Shown here piece by piece: positions 12,241 to 24,480 of a DNA stretch of 64,000 bases. The stretch spans positions 23,510,033 through 23,574,032 of the forward strand of contig OZ316892.1 in NCBI GenBank assembly GCA_973895155.1, in the 5' to 3' direction. This DNA is from Marsupella aquatica (Eukaryota; Plantae; Marchantiophyta). Positions within the stretch are counted from its first letter, which is position 1. Every line of letters begins with the position of its first letter. The notes below the pieces were generated by a model that was not told the DNA's origin, made no database searches, and worked only from the letters and a program-made list of their open reading frames with translations. The position numbers and the translations under genes are program-made.

Positions 12241-14904
12241 ATGGGCAACGGGACCAAGTTCAAGCTGTCCAACGTACTCCCAAATGTCTTCAGCAAGATC
12301 AAAGGAATCAGGAGGAATAGCAGTGGGCCGAGATTATCGAGCTCAGCTTCAGTTACGAGTGATTGTGCAGCAACTGATATTGATCAGAAGGATTTCTCAA
12401 TAATGTCCAGAGATTATTCAGTAAGTGATATTGGTCAGAAGGATTTCTCGATAATGTCGAGAGATGTACACACAGATCGTAGCCCAAGTCCCCCAAAGCG
12501 AAGTTTTCCTCAGAACAAAAATGGACACACTCGGCACACGTCGAGTCCAGTCTTTACTAGTCAGATAGCTGCACACCAAAGTAATGGCTTCCCTGCTGAA
12601 TCCCCCATGAGGAGCAAGGGCGGCAACAAATCCGGATCCCCCTCACCTCCGCCTCCTCGCATTCAAGGTTCTGCAGAAATTGTCGATCCCGGCTGCTGTT
12701 CATTTGATTCCACAATGGCTCTTGTTCCCCACGTCGACGGTCGGGTGCGAAGAGCAGCTCCTCAAGCGCTTGGCAAATGCCTCATCATGTCCAAGTGCAA
12801 CAGCTTCAATGCCTCCACCCAACATTCCGATTCCGAGATGTCAGAAACAGACTCCTCCACGGCCCTCGCTCGAATTCGTCGACACTCCCGTGCAAGGTCT
12901 GCGCAGCTAGAAGGATCCAGCTCCTGCGAGGGCTATGGACTACCCTCTAAAGCAGACGAGAGAGCCAGCCACGGATCAGGCAAAGTATCGGTTTGGCGCA
13001 GGTCAAGCGAGAGGAAGGACAGAAATGTCAAGATGCTGGACCGAAGTCACCAATTGTATGGAGGATCGTCACCGATTCACCCCAGTACTTGCAGCGTCTA
13101 TGGTCCCTCCCATCCCAATTATCGTAGAGTGGATCACACCCAGGATAGCAGCATAGATTGCCGAGGAGCTGGCAGGGTCCTGAGCAATTCCAGTAGAGAA
13201 GGGACCGACCTCGATCTTGATCAGGCTAATGGTAGCAGCCGCAATCACGGTGGTCGTCCGAGCAGGAAGTTAAGCTTCCCCAATGATGATAATGTTCGCG
13301 CCTTCGATGAAAACTCATTCTCCAGTGATGACGATTTCTACAAGGTGGTGAATAGAAATGGCAACTTCAGGAGGGGCCATCATCGGGCGCAGTCGACCTC
13401 TAGCACTAATAATTCGCAGCGGCATATGTATGCGGGCAATCAGGACACGGATCTGGATTATACGTCCAGTGAGGTGGTCTTCACTGAAGACGAGAAGAAC
13501 TATGCAAAGGCCTTTCTTCGCAAGGAAACACTCCTCGCAAAGACAGTTCTCAACGGCAGCGATGGCTCGGCGCAAGACCAGTTGTCCAGGTTCTCTCATC
13601 GTGACGAAAAGTCACAGGCGAGGAGAGCGAGTCATGACAGTGCTGATCGTCCTTCTAAGCGAAGCTCGGAGTCCGCTTACGATCGAGAAGCTACGTTGGT
13701 GAAGCAGGTGCTTAACACGCAGGGTTGGGCACGGGAGAATTTGAGAGCGCTGGCAAAGGCCAACGACCTCGACCGCCAGACTCTTGCAAGATTGAAAGCA
13801 GGCTCGTTGGATGTCCTCGTCAGAAAGACAGGGGAGGAGGCCGCTAGTAAAATAGAGTACGATAGTTTTGGTTTGAATCCGCATTCCAAGGAGTTCTTCT
13901 CATGGAAAAGCTCGAGACATCCTAGTCCCATTAGTGAGGAGGTTGAGAAATACACAGAGGGAAGAGTCGATTACAAGAGTGACGTTGTGCACGAAGAGTT
14001 TGCGCGGCCTGTGGCAGATTATGCAGCTAGTGATCTGTACAAAGGCGCGCGGAACGGGAAGTCGGGGAAAGAATTTGGCAAACCGTGGGACACAGAATTC
14101 CCCTCATTCCGATCGGATTCCATTCTCATGGGGGCCGGGATTGGGTCGGACCGAACCAGCGGCGTGCCGGATGAACGAGCTGCACTCGTCGATTGCAATG
14201 AATGTGGTGGGAGTCCAGCAGGTCTGTCTCGGAGATACTCGGAGCGGGAGAGGCAGAGCAAGATTATAGGTGGGCATGAAAAACAGCAGGAATCTAGGAA
14301 CTTTGGAAAGATTTCCATCCATTCCCATTCTCCCAGGGAGGAAGTGATTCAGGGTGCCGCGGTTTTGAAGAATACCAGGGCATCCAGCCAACCTGCCTCA
14401 CCTCGACTCTCTTCTTCACCGAGACTGTCCTCACCCGAGCTTAATGGTCGCCCAAAGCGGCCGCCGTCTCCAGTCCAAGAATTCAGCAATGGGAAGAAAA
14501 TGCCGAGCCGAATGCCTTCTCCCAGTCAGGAAAGCAAGGGGGGCAGAAGAAGCACAGGCGGACCTCCATCGTCAGTTCAGGATTTTCAGCCTGTCAAACC
14601 GAAATCGAGTCGGACTCCATCACCTGTTCGTAGTCAATCGCCACAGCCCGGGGGCAAGCCATTGACAGCCAATGCAGAAGCTGGAATGCAGAGGATGGAC
14701 AGCGTTGCAGTAGTGAAAGCTTCCTATGATCCTTATCAGGACTTCCGAGAGTCGATGGTCGAGATGATTCTCGAGAACGACATTCGGACGTCCCAAGATC
14801 TGGAGGACCTTTTGCAATGCTACCTCTCGCTTAATTCCTCGGAATACCACAAAATCATTGTCGAGGTTTTCACCGACGTCTGGGGAGACATCTTTGACCA
14901 ATAA
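12241..14904 (+). CDS. OFP: OVATE family protein (OFP transcriptional repressor), ~887 aa, intronless
   Basis: C-terminal OVATE domain SVAVVKASYDPYQDFRESMVEMI...LEDLLQCYLSLNS...IVEVFTDVW. N-terminus MGNGTKFKLSNVLPNVFSKIKG resembles the OFP1-type N-terminal motif, which favours ATG 12241. In-frame upstream ATGs at 12142 and 12166 are alternatives. Confidence 0.9.
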   Translation: MGNGTKFKLSNVLPNVFSKIKGIRRNSSGPRLSSSASVTSDCAATDIDQKDFSIMSRDYSVSDIGQKDFSIMSRDVHTDRSPSPPKRSFPQNKNGHTRHTSSPVFTSQIAAHQSNGFPAESPMRSKGGNKSGSPSPPPPRIQGSAEIVDPGCCSFDSTMALVPHVDGRVRRAAPQALGKCLIMSKCNSFNASTQHSDSEMSETDSSTALARIRRHSRARSAQLEGSSSCEGYGLPSKADERASHGSGKVSVWRRSSERKDRNVKMLDRSHQLYGGSSPIHPSTCSVYGPSHPNYRRVDHTQDSSIDCRGAGRVLSNSSREGTDLDLDQANGSSRNHGGRPSRKLSFPNDDNVRAFDENSFSSDDDFYKVVNRNGNFRRGHHRAQSTSSTNNSQRHMYAGNQDTDLDYTSSEVVFTEDEKNYAKAFLRKETLLAKTVLNGSDGSAQDQLSRFSHRDEKSQARRASHDSADRPSKRSSESAYDREATLVKQVLNTQGWARENLRALAKANDLDRQTLARLKAGSLDVLVRKTGEEAASKIEYDSFGLNPHSKEFFSWKSSRHPSPISEEVEKYTEGRVDYKSDVVHEEFARPVADYAASDLYKGARNGKSGKEFGKPWDTEFPSFRSDSILMGAGIGSDRTSGVPDERAALVDCNECGGSPAGLSRRYSERERQSKIIGGHEKQQESRNFGKISIHSHSPREEVIQGAAVLKNTRASSQPASPRLSSSPRLSSPELNGRPKRPPSPVQEFSNGKKMPSRMPSPSQESKGGRRSTGGPPSSVQDFQPVKPKSSRTPSPVRSQSPQPGGKPLTANAEAGMQRMDSVAVVKASYDPYQDFRESMVEMILENDIRTSQDLEDLLQCYLSLNSSEYHKIIVEVFTDVWGDIFDQ

Positions 14905-17539
14905 TTCCACGCCTTGGTCATGATTATCACACTCGAAGGTGATTTCAATCTCAGCAACTTATTTATGTACAGTTTCTACCGGCTATACTGTAATCTTAGG
15001 AGTTTTTAAGCCAGATTTCCCATTGTAAACTCTTCAACTTGGGCAGATTCTCGAAGGTAAACTATTTGAGCGTGCAAAGGTGATGAACATCGATCGGTTC
15101 ATCCATCATACACGATACATGCTCCCTAATTTAGGGACTTGTAATAAATCTCTTAATCAGGTGGGTCTCTTAGGAATTAAGTCTTACGGGCTACTCTGGC
15201 GATTCTGTGCTGTCTTGCCTTTCTTGGTGACAATTTTGTTCAAGAATTCCAACTTCAATTGTAGGTGCCTTGTAGATCAAAACCCCGAAGATGTTGTAGT
15301 AGTTATCAAAATGTTTATAAAAACTCTTGACTAATTCATTCTGTAGCCACAATCGTGCATGCTTTCATTCCGGCAAATCCGGTCTTCGTGTATAAACTAT
15401 TCCTCATCGTCCTGGCTACAGCTACAGAGTCCTTCTGGGGTTTAGGGGTTGTACTGGACGTGCTTTATGAACCTGCCCCGTCTTTTAAAATGATATCAGA
15501 CCAGTTGAGCTGACACAGGCTGGCCACATTTCCGCATCCGCATTCAGCAATGCTCTGTACTTCTTATCGAATCAAAACAGGGGCCCCCGCATTGCCGTGA
15601 TTGCCCTTTTTTAGGCCATGTAGTGAAGCATGGGTCGCTGAAGAGTCCGTACTTGACCCTCTGTCATCACACAGAAGCTATTTGAGCTCATGACTCATAT
15701 TCACCTATGTCATTCTGACATTTTAGATAATTATTGGCGTCTGGATTACGCCAGCTCTGTGTCCCATTCTTTAGCAGTTCAACTGTAAAAACGCCCCGAT
15801 ACGGTTTTTCTTTTTCCACCATAATCCTCTACTCTGGTTGTCTCGCTGAGTGATGAGGTGGAGAGACCATTGCATGATTGGTGATCGTTTCTCAAATTCG
15901 GGGCAGAGAGTAGTGCATATACCAGTACCTCATAAGATGGAGGGATGTGCAGAATTAAAGCCAGCAGGAACTCCGTTACAAGGTTCTGGGGAAAGTTGGT
16001 CCATCAATGTGGTATCTCATCAGGACGTTACGTCCGTGGCAGTTTGGCTGTCAACCTGAAAGCCGAACGTTCCTTCCCAGATAACAGAGCACGGCGGCCG
16101 TCCCGAAATTCAGCAGATGAAAGCATAACGTTACCGTATCCAGCGAAGAACCAGGCTCTTTGACCGAGGACTTCGCGCCTGATGCTCTTCGATGCAATAC
16201 ATTTGGGGATTTGTGCTGTATGCCGTTCCTGCATGCTGAAATGTTTTTTGATTGAATCAAAGTTGATTGAGCCGTGCGGTGCGGGGCCGGACTTTCCACA
16301 CCCCCAATGTTCACTCAGCGAAGAGTCAATCCAAATTAGCTCTCCTATTTCAGGGCAGCCGACAGACCCAACTAGTATTGCTCAAGTTCAAATTCATAAA
16401 CCTTGTTGCACTGGACACTCTTCAAGGGTAGTCGATTTTATTTCCACATTTCGATATGGATTCCGAGTGCTCTCCCTCAGAATTGTCCATTGGTCTGCGA
16501 AGCGCGGAAATCATTTAGTCTAAGAATCAGTTGGGGCCAATGGCTGACGTGTTATGTCGAACACACAATGCCGAACTCGAAATACGAAGCTAATTGCACG
16601 GAAAGTTCAGAGCTGCTCACAACGTCAGACGCCAAAAGAGTTACTGCAGCACCTGGCTAGAGCTCAAGGGTTGCCCGAGCAGCTTCATTGTTATTACATG
16701 TAGGGTAATTCGCCACGCTTTGCGAATCTGACAGCGCTCAGAAAAGAACATTGGTGACAGGAATGAACTTTTAAATGGATTGGATTTGAGCGATTTGAGT
16801 TGTCGGATATCTGGTCGATGTGTTCAGCTTTCTTGGAAAGCTTTACTTTAGCACTGACGCTTCAAAACTCTCAGCAAATTCTCCAGCAGAGAGCCTTTTT
16901 GGCAAACAATGATCCAGAGAAGTGACAGCACTCACCCACCTAGACACTCATGGCTCAACGTCATGACCCAGATACATGCAGTGGCAAGAAACGGACCAGC
17001 CATGTTAGCGATGCCTCAGCAACAAGTGCATTCAAGATGCTTGAAAAGCTCTGTATTCTCTTTATCTTCTTGAAGGCCATCCACAGCGCTAAGCACGACG
17101 CATGATGTTGTGGCTGCTGAGACGAGAGCAGCTCGTCAATCTGACTCAGCCCCACTAGCTACTACTTTCAGTTTTCGGTCTGATGAAGATGGAAATAGCT
17201 TTATGCTTTCTACTATTTAATGGCACTGCCATTATTGACCGACATGATCTGGAGACACAACGCCATGTTCTGCGCACTGTCAGTGCTCATTTTTACAGTG
17301 CTAAGAAAACCGCGGTTTAATACCAAATAACAGATTCTCCTTAATTTTTATCCAAAAAATTGGTTTCAACAACTTAAATCCACTATCAACTTGCCCAGCA
17401 ATTAATCGAGGTTTTAATCGAATGTGGTACCTGATGGACGTGTCTGTCAGGATGGGTACGTAGTGTCAAACATAACCGTACCTGGTACCTGGTAGAGCAC
17501 TGTAGCCTGGACTACAGTACAAGCATTACCATAGTAGCA

Positions 17540-18340
17540 GTGTCTAAGTGCAAGTTCCAGGGACTACACCCCAAGGCTGCACTTATCCACCTTGTGCACT
17601 GTGTCACAAGTACACTCGAAATAACTATGCACTTTTCCATATTTGCAGGGTCTGCATTACCCAATAAGTGCATGGAAAACCCCTCCTTGAATTTGTGGCA
17701 GGATAAAATAGTGCATGTTTTAAAAATGTTAAGAACATCGTTTATTAATTATGGTAACCTTGGATCCACCAGGAATTTGCTTGTTGGACAGTGGTAGCTT
17801 AGGTGCAGCCTAGCCATGCATTCCATGGTCAAATGCAGGCCGAGCATGTGTGAGTGTGTCGGTGTCTAAGTGCATTCCTGGATTGAGTGTGGGCTCACCA
17901 TGTAGTCCCCTCATATTAATTTTCTTTGTGCATGCACCACAAGATGCAGTTTGCATAAGTGCAGATGAACCATCACTAAGCGGTAAATACATCGATAAGT
18001 GTACATATTCATTTATCACTTACCGCAACCAATAAGCTAGAAGCATTTACTGATAAGTGGAACAAATCATCATAGAGGAGTCCAATGTTTGTGACCTGAC
18101 AACACATATTAGAAGCACACAAGTGGTAATTTAAACACAAAATGTATTTAGACATGCTGCACCTATGCAGACATCAAGTGGGGGGAAAATATGGAATGCA
18201 CTTATGCAGAAACAAGTGGGGGAATAACATGGAATGCACTTAGACATCACATGGTGCATGTATGCAGCAACAAAGTGGCCGTTTGAACATGGAATGCACT
18301 TAGATATGGGTGCACTTATGCACTGTCGAGTGTAAGACAC
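17540..18340. repeat. Dispersed TAAGTGCA-motif repeat (copy 2), probable non-autonomous DNA transposon remnant
   Basis: Many GTGTCTAAGTGCA and ATGGAATGCACTTA motifs in both orientations; homology to 7120-7460. Confidence 0.55.
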
Positions 18341-20233
18341 CATCGTGGAAAAAATTACGGTATCTGTCCTGTGCTCACATTTTCAGAGGCTGTGTTTGCT
18401 CTGACGACTGCTCTTTTTGGGTAGACTCGCTCGAGGGCTGTACCACGGAAGCTCGAGGGCTGTACCACGGAAGCTTCAGGGCTGAGCAAGTCTCAGCTCA
18501 GCAGTGATCGAAGCATGCCAAGTTTCCAGGCAAATAGTTCTAATGGACAGTGTGAGGCTCTCGTCTTCGTTCGTCAGCAAGTTTTGGTCGGCCAAAGTGA
18601 GAGCTAGACAATCATAATCTGCTGGGATGGCATGAATTGGAGCTCTCTCAGGTCTTGGAGATGGATGCGGCAATCCGCCCTTTAATCGAGGTGTAAGGAG
18701 TCCATCATTGCCCTCTACTACGGACGTGCTATTCATCGGCTGCTGGGAAAGGTAAACTTCGCAGGGAGTGTCGTGCAAGCTGACACATCCTTCCTCGGGA
18801 ACGTGCTGCTAATTAGCTCAGTGAACAAAACGCTGTCTAAGAGGTTTGGGTGCGTACATGCTAGGATTTTCTCGTCAGAGAGGGGGTATAGTAAATAGGT
18901 TGTCCACGGGCCACGCCACGGGAGACTGATCAGCGAGTTAGCGCTGGACTGCTCATGTAATTTCTTGGGATCCGGCTACCGTACCTTTGCACTTGAAAGC
19001 TGCTTAACTTAGAGCCATCCTTTTTGACAGAGATCATGTTTTCAGAGCACATGGAGACATGTCATAGAATTGTCATTTCCAGGGAAGGGGACGGAATACA
19101 GTAAGGCGGATGAATCAAGAGGTTGTTTAGGGCGGCACATGGGAGAGAGTGGCGTGCCGTAGAATCAAATTGTTTAGTGAGACAAGGGAGTAACGATGCA
19201 GCGAAAGAGCAAAGGGGACGTTATCGTGAATAAAATCAGTTCTGCCCAGTTTTTGTTCGTACGGTCAAGACTCTCGTTCAACCTTTTTGCAAGCTGCAAC
19301 TCGTGAAGCTTATAAACGGATCTATAAACTGTCCTAAAGCCCAACAAATTGCATCCTCTACGTTCAGGTCCGGGGTAATTTACCGTCAGCAAGAGTCGTG
19401 CCCACTAAATCAAATGCTTCTGACTAGAAGTAGATAATTTGGTTTCCAGGACATTTGCTCTGGTGCGCAACAAGCACGCAAATCTTGCTGTTTGGCAGCT
19501 ACATCCCAATATGCCGATCTGAAAAAACATACTGTTCCATGATCACGCTCTCCCCCAACTTAGTGTCATCTTCCGCTAATGTACATGCTGGCAAACTACA
19601 GACGTCTCGGCACTGGTCAGTCCAGAAAACCTTCACAACACTCGAAACTCAACTTAGCTCGTCACCATTCTTACTTATTGTGCAACAACGTATCTATGTG
19701 CAAATCTCGAGTCATCTTGGTATTTTTACATTTCAGCTCAAGGGGAATTGAGCTGGAAAAATCTAGGAAGAGAGAAAGTACAAAACGGACCATAGCGCTA
19801 GTGAAGATTGGAAGGGAATGGTTTTCTCCTCTAACATCAACTTAGTATTTCCAACACGTGTTCTTGACAGTGATCCGCCTCCACAATCTCCAACAACCTC
19901 CACATGAATTGGGCAATTCTACCCAAATGCCATAACATCTTAAGCAGAAATAGATAACTAAATGGATGGATAAATTATATTTGAGGCCCAAGGAGAACAG
20001 TAAGGCAAATTCTATGATCACACATTATATCACAGTTGCACTTCATTCAATTGATCTGGATATGTACAATTTGCGCCATCCCGAGAAAATCGTGTAATTG
20101 AATACAACTATCCCATCCATTTAAAAAGGAGTCGTTTGTATGAGTCCTGTCGAAACTCAACCTCAGGGTGCACTTGGCTAAGTTAATTTGAAAATGAGCA
20201 AATTCTCGGAACCACTCATACGCCTGAGTATGT

Positions 20234-21081
20234 TTAGAAGGCTGCTCGGTTTTTCTTCAGTCGGGGACCATGACTATCAGTACCTAGAGAGCCGATGGAC
20301 CCACCAATCCAAGCCTCTAGCATCCTTTGAGATCGAAGACCTTGATCAGCCGGAGCAAGATGCCCTGCCCCTACTAGAATCACATGGGCCAGTGTCTCGT
20401 GAGTGCGAACGTACCCTGCTGCTTCTCCATTGAGGGTCCAGACCTTTCGAGGGATACTCCAAAACTTCTCAGCCTCAGTCCAATTCATATACCTCATCCA
20501 TGCCTCGTTTGACGCAACTCCGTCTTGCAGGTCAAACTGACCCTGATAGAGAAGTACAGGAATTTGAGTAACGATGGCCTCCACCATGTATTTAGTGCTT
20601 CTCATTGTAAGGTTATAGAAAGCCTCGTCCACAAAATCCGTGCAATCTTCCCAGGTGGCATCTCCTTTCACACCCAACGCTTTCCTGAAAGATGGGCTGT
20701 TCATCCAAGGCGAGAGCCAATTACTCCCGTTGGGAAAAGTGTAGTAATCTACTGACCTCCTAATGTCTAGGGTAGTGGCTAAATCGGACATCTCGTAGAT
20801 GCCATTCATGAGAGTCGACCGCCCAGCGTGTGCTAGATCGTATCTCCCTTCCTTAATAGCTGCCACAATCTGCTCAGCAACTTTATCCAATTGCTGCTTC
20901 TGCTGCAAGTCAATCAGACCCATATAGTGAGCTGCAGGGGGGTAAACGGGCATCTGCAGAATCGGATCAGTAAGGCCGTTGCCAATAGCTACACCCTTGA
21001 GCTGAAAAGATGGACTTATGGCTGCCTCCTCGAGAATGTAGTAGCCGACAGCTGGGACATACTTTCCAGCATAGCTCTCAC
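20234..21081 (-). CDS. Serine carboxypeptidase-like, exon 2 (protein 449 aa in total)
   Basis: Acceptor TGTGCAG|; splicing restores GESYAGKYVP (catalytic Ser); also IGNGLTDP, YQGQFDL (Asp) and GAGHLAP (His). Confidence 0.92.
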
Positions 21082-21694
21082 CTGCACAATTATCAGAAAA
21101 ATGTCATTCGATCTGTTATGCAGATCAAGAAAGGATTATAACGAAGCACTCAATATTTATTGCACAGTTGTCACTCTTCCAAAGAATCCGTCGGGAAACG
21201 GAGCTACCCATCACACTTTTAACAATAAGCGGTTATAATAATTTAAAGATACTTTCGAAGGTATTCTCCACAAACCATATGTTATAACCAATTATACTCG
21301 CTCTTCAAAGAATTGGAACTATGCCCTGAAGAGAACTTGAGCACGAATGTTAACTCTTCGAAATATCCACTCAGAAATGCTCCGGAGACTCTCAATAATC
21401 AAAGCGAATATTTTTTAGATGTTTTTAGAGATGCTTTGATAAGCTAGGCATGACAAACCGGATGTGATGTTAAGCTATTGGGCATGTTTTCTAACATATC
21501 TCGGATCATCGTCATTTTTACACAACAGAGACTAAATATCCAGGTTAGGATGTCCGCTTAACTCTCGAGTTAACGTTTGATCGGGTAATGTGTGTCAATT
21601 GAACGGAAAAAAGGAAAACTTATCGTTAAGCAGTACCTCACGGGGTCGTCCATGCTATCATTTATTTCCGGATGACGGTCATGAGATAACTCAC

Positions 21695-22196
21695 CTGTGA
21701 TATACAGAGGACGAGTCTCGAAGCTAAGCTGAGTGTAGAAGGCTTCAAGGGCATTGTAGATGTGCACTGCAGTCTCCTCGTGTGACTTTGGAACATCGTC
21801 CTTGCTGGGAGCCACACTAAATCCTGTGCCCACGGGCTGATCGATGACCAAGAGACCATAGAGTCGATTCCAAGTATACTCGTTAGGGTAGAACTGCTGA
21901 TCCTCCCCGATTAACCAAGGTCCCAGCTCGAAGAAGCTGCCAACCATTCCAGAGCACCCTGGTCCGCCTTGGAGCCAGAGTACTATGGGAGTCTCTTCGA
22001 GTGGACCATCTGGAAATTGAGCTTCGTAGTAGATGTAGAACAAACTAGCTCCGGTGGTTTCGTTGACAATGAGGTATCCAGAATCCGTGGGAATAACCTC
22101 ATCTGGAATTCCTTCAAATCTCGATGCATCCACATTTCGATTTTGGATACAGAGTGTGGCTGAAAGCAGGAGCAGCAGCAGTACAGCGGTTCCCAT
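21695..22196 (-). CDS. Serine carboxypeptidase-like (peptidase S10, SCPL50-like), exon 1
   Basis: Signal peptide MGTAVLLLLLLSA; motifs WLQGGPGCS and IDQPVGTGFS; donor ACAG|GTGAGT at 21694. Confidence 0.92.
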
Positions 22197-23099
22197 TACT
22201 ACCGAGCTGGTTTGGAATGGGATTGAATGCTGAAACGAGCGCAGAGTTCTACAGTACTAATGCAAATGTCCTGCACTTTAATGCATAATCTCATAATTGA
22301 ACCCCTCTGCCTGATATGCACATCTCAGACCACCTCACCCCGAAATTGACCCCAGATGATAATCTCAAAGGAGCCCCTGATTCAATTGCTGGATCCGCTT
22401 GCATTGCAAATCTGGGACAAGTTATCAAAAGCGACAAATTGTGCACCACTAGAAACAGATCAGGAATCAACTGATTCGCTGAACTAGAAGGTCATCTGCT
22501 CTCCATGGATTCTGGTCTAGGGCGCGTGATCTTTGACCTCGTTGGCCTGCCTTCTTCTGTGCTCCTTCGTCCCCAGATTCCAATGAAACCGGACTCTCCA
22601 AGGCCACGAGATTCTCACCCTCCCCTCTCGCTCGCTCTGCATTCACTCTTCCGACTTCCTGGCTATGGCAAGAGCTCCAACACGACGATAGAACGATTCT
22701 CTCAGCGAAGACTGTGATCATGACCAAGTCTCTGAATTTCGAGGAGCCTGCGCTTGCTCTGTCGTCGATCTCGACAGAGCAAGCTGTAGCAAGCACTCCT
22801 GGTCTCGACATACAACTGGGGTGGGCAAATTTCACGGGGCTCGTGGAATGTCCAGAATTACACTACGCTTTGGGCACCAGGCTCTAAACCTTTCATTCAC
22901 TGACCCCTCGCCCAATCGGCCAATCCGGACTGTACAAACAATGGTGTTCATGAAGTTCTCCATGTTTTCAATGTAGACCGGAATGCTGCCACTAATTGGA
23001 GCTGCCACTAATTGAAGCACTCGAGCACCTTTGTAAACTCCTACTATAAATGCTGTGTGATTGTGTCACCACTGTTTCTCGCTTAGAATTGTTTCTGCA

Positions 23100-24112
23100 A
23101 ACCAAATGGCTCAGATCACTTGGCTAGGGGACTAGCCCTGGAAGGTCCCAGGTTCAATCCCCTCTCTACACACGTGTGTGGAGGGTTGGGTGTGGAAGGT
23201 ATGTGTGTGGGTGGGATGGGTTTAGTGGGTGGTGGATGAGAATTCTGATTATCTCCTTTGCCCTTGGTTGACCACTTTGTGGCACTCATTTAATCCTCTA
23301 TCCATCCTGGTTGGGTGTGGAAGGTATGTGCGATGGGTTTATTAGGTAGTGGATGAGAATTCTGATTATCTCCTGGGCCCTTCTTTGTCCACTTTGTGCC
23401 ACTGATTCCTTCCTCTCTCCATCCTGGTGTGGGAAAGTGGCACTGATTTAATCATCTCTCCCTCCTAGCTGGTGCAGGTCCCTGGCGGATCAGTGGGGGC
23501 TCACCCTGACATGGGTTCCCTAGAAGTAATGTATGACCCTGAATTGGGTTCCCTACAAAGATTGTATGTCACTATTGAGGTGGGGAGAGTTTACTAAGTG
23601 TTCTTCTTCATTTCCTTTCAAGACAAAAAAGAATGACTTATGCATGGAACTGACTAAGTCACCTCAAATTTCATGAAGGTTGGTGGGGAGAGTTTACTAA
23701 GTGTTCTTTTTCATTTCCTTTCAAGACAAAAAAGAATGACTTATGCATGGAACTGACTAAGTCACCTCAAATTTCATGAAGGTTGGTGGGGAGAGTTTAC
23801 TAAGTGTTCTTTTTCATTTCCTTTCAAGACAAAAAAGAATGACTTATGCATGGAACTGACTAAGTCACCTCAAATTTCATGAAGGTTGGTGGGGAGAGTT
23901 TACTAAGTGTTCTTCTTCATTTCCTTTCAAGACAAAAAAGAATGACTTATGCATGGAACTGACTAAGTCACCTCAAATTTCATGAAGGTTGGTGGGGAGA
24001 GTTTACTAAGTGTTCTTCTTCATTTCCTTTCAAGACAAAAAAGAATGACTTATGCATGGAACTGACTGTCACCTCAAATTTCATGAAGGTTGGTGGGGAA
24101 TAATAATAAAAA
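23100..24112 (+). mobile_element. tRNA-derived SINE-like element with internal duplications and an (AAT)n/A tail
   Basis: A-box-like TGGCTCAG at element position 8 (23107) and B-box GGTTCAATCC at position 52 (23151), matching tRNA spacing. Ends GGGGAATAATAATAAAAA. A homolog lies on the opposite strand at 34180-34601. No TSD found. Confidence 0.62.
23581..24099. repeat. 5 x 103-bp near-identical tandem repeat
   Basis: Units start at 23581, 23684, 23787, 23890 and 23993; they differ by one C/T site and a 2-bp deletion in the last unit. Confidence 0.97.
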
Positions 24113-24120
24113 CACCAACC

Positions 24121-24467
24121 TGTTAGATATTGCTCTAGTCTTGTGACTCATGAGCTAACCATAGTTAGTCTAACTCAGGTTAGGACTTAGCTAATGTTAG
24201 CGGTAGTGCTGTTGTGCATATAGCCAGGGCTGATACCAGACCCTGGTGGAACTTAAGCTCATTGTTACGGAGCTAGTTGAGAGATAGGGAGAGCTTGTGC
24301 TGTGGATGCTTGGTATGGCCGGTCGGCCTAGAGTGTAGTAAGGCTACGTCCATGTGTTCCCGTGGACGTAGCCTCATGTGGAGGTGAACCACGTATCTCT
24401 CTGTGTCGACTCTTGTGCGTTGGATGGTTCATGGGCTTGCCGTTGTGAATGTCGTCTATGCTCAACA
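24121..24467 (+). repeat. 5' LTR of copy B (347 bp)
   Basis: TG...CA ends; differs from the 3' LTR by about 9 transitions plus one replaced patch (24341-24354). Confidence 0.96.
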
Positions 24468-24469
24468 AG

Positions 24470-24480
24470 TGGTATCAGAG
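24470..24480 (+). promoter_or_regulatory. Primer binding site (tRNA-iMet)
   Basis: TGGTATCAGAG starts 2 nt after the 5' LTR. Confidence 0.93.

Noticed and set aside
22440-23020. 122-aa and shorter ORFs upstream of SCPL
   Set aside because: No recognisable motifs or coherent exon structure.
23100-23175. Functional tRNA gene
   Set aside because: A/B boxes are present but I cannot fold an acceptor stem or full cloverleaf, and homology continues into a long body with a tail, which fits a SINE better.
23581-24099. CRISPR-like array
   Set aside because: Units are contiguous and nearly identical with no unique spacers; eukaryotic context and no cas genes. The same applies to the arrays at 8165, 39058 and 44003.
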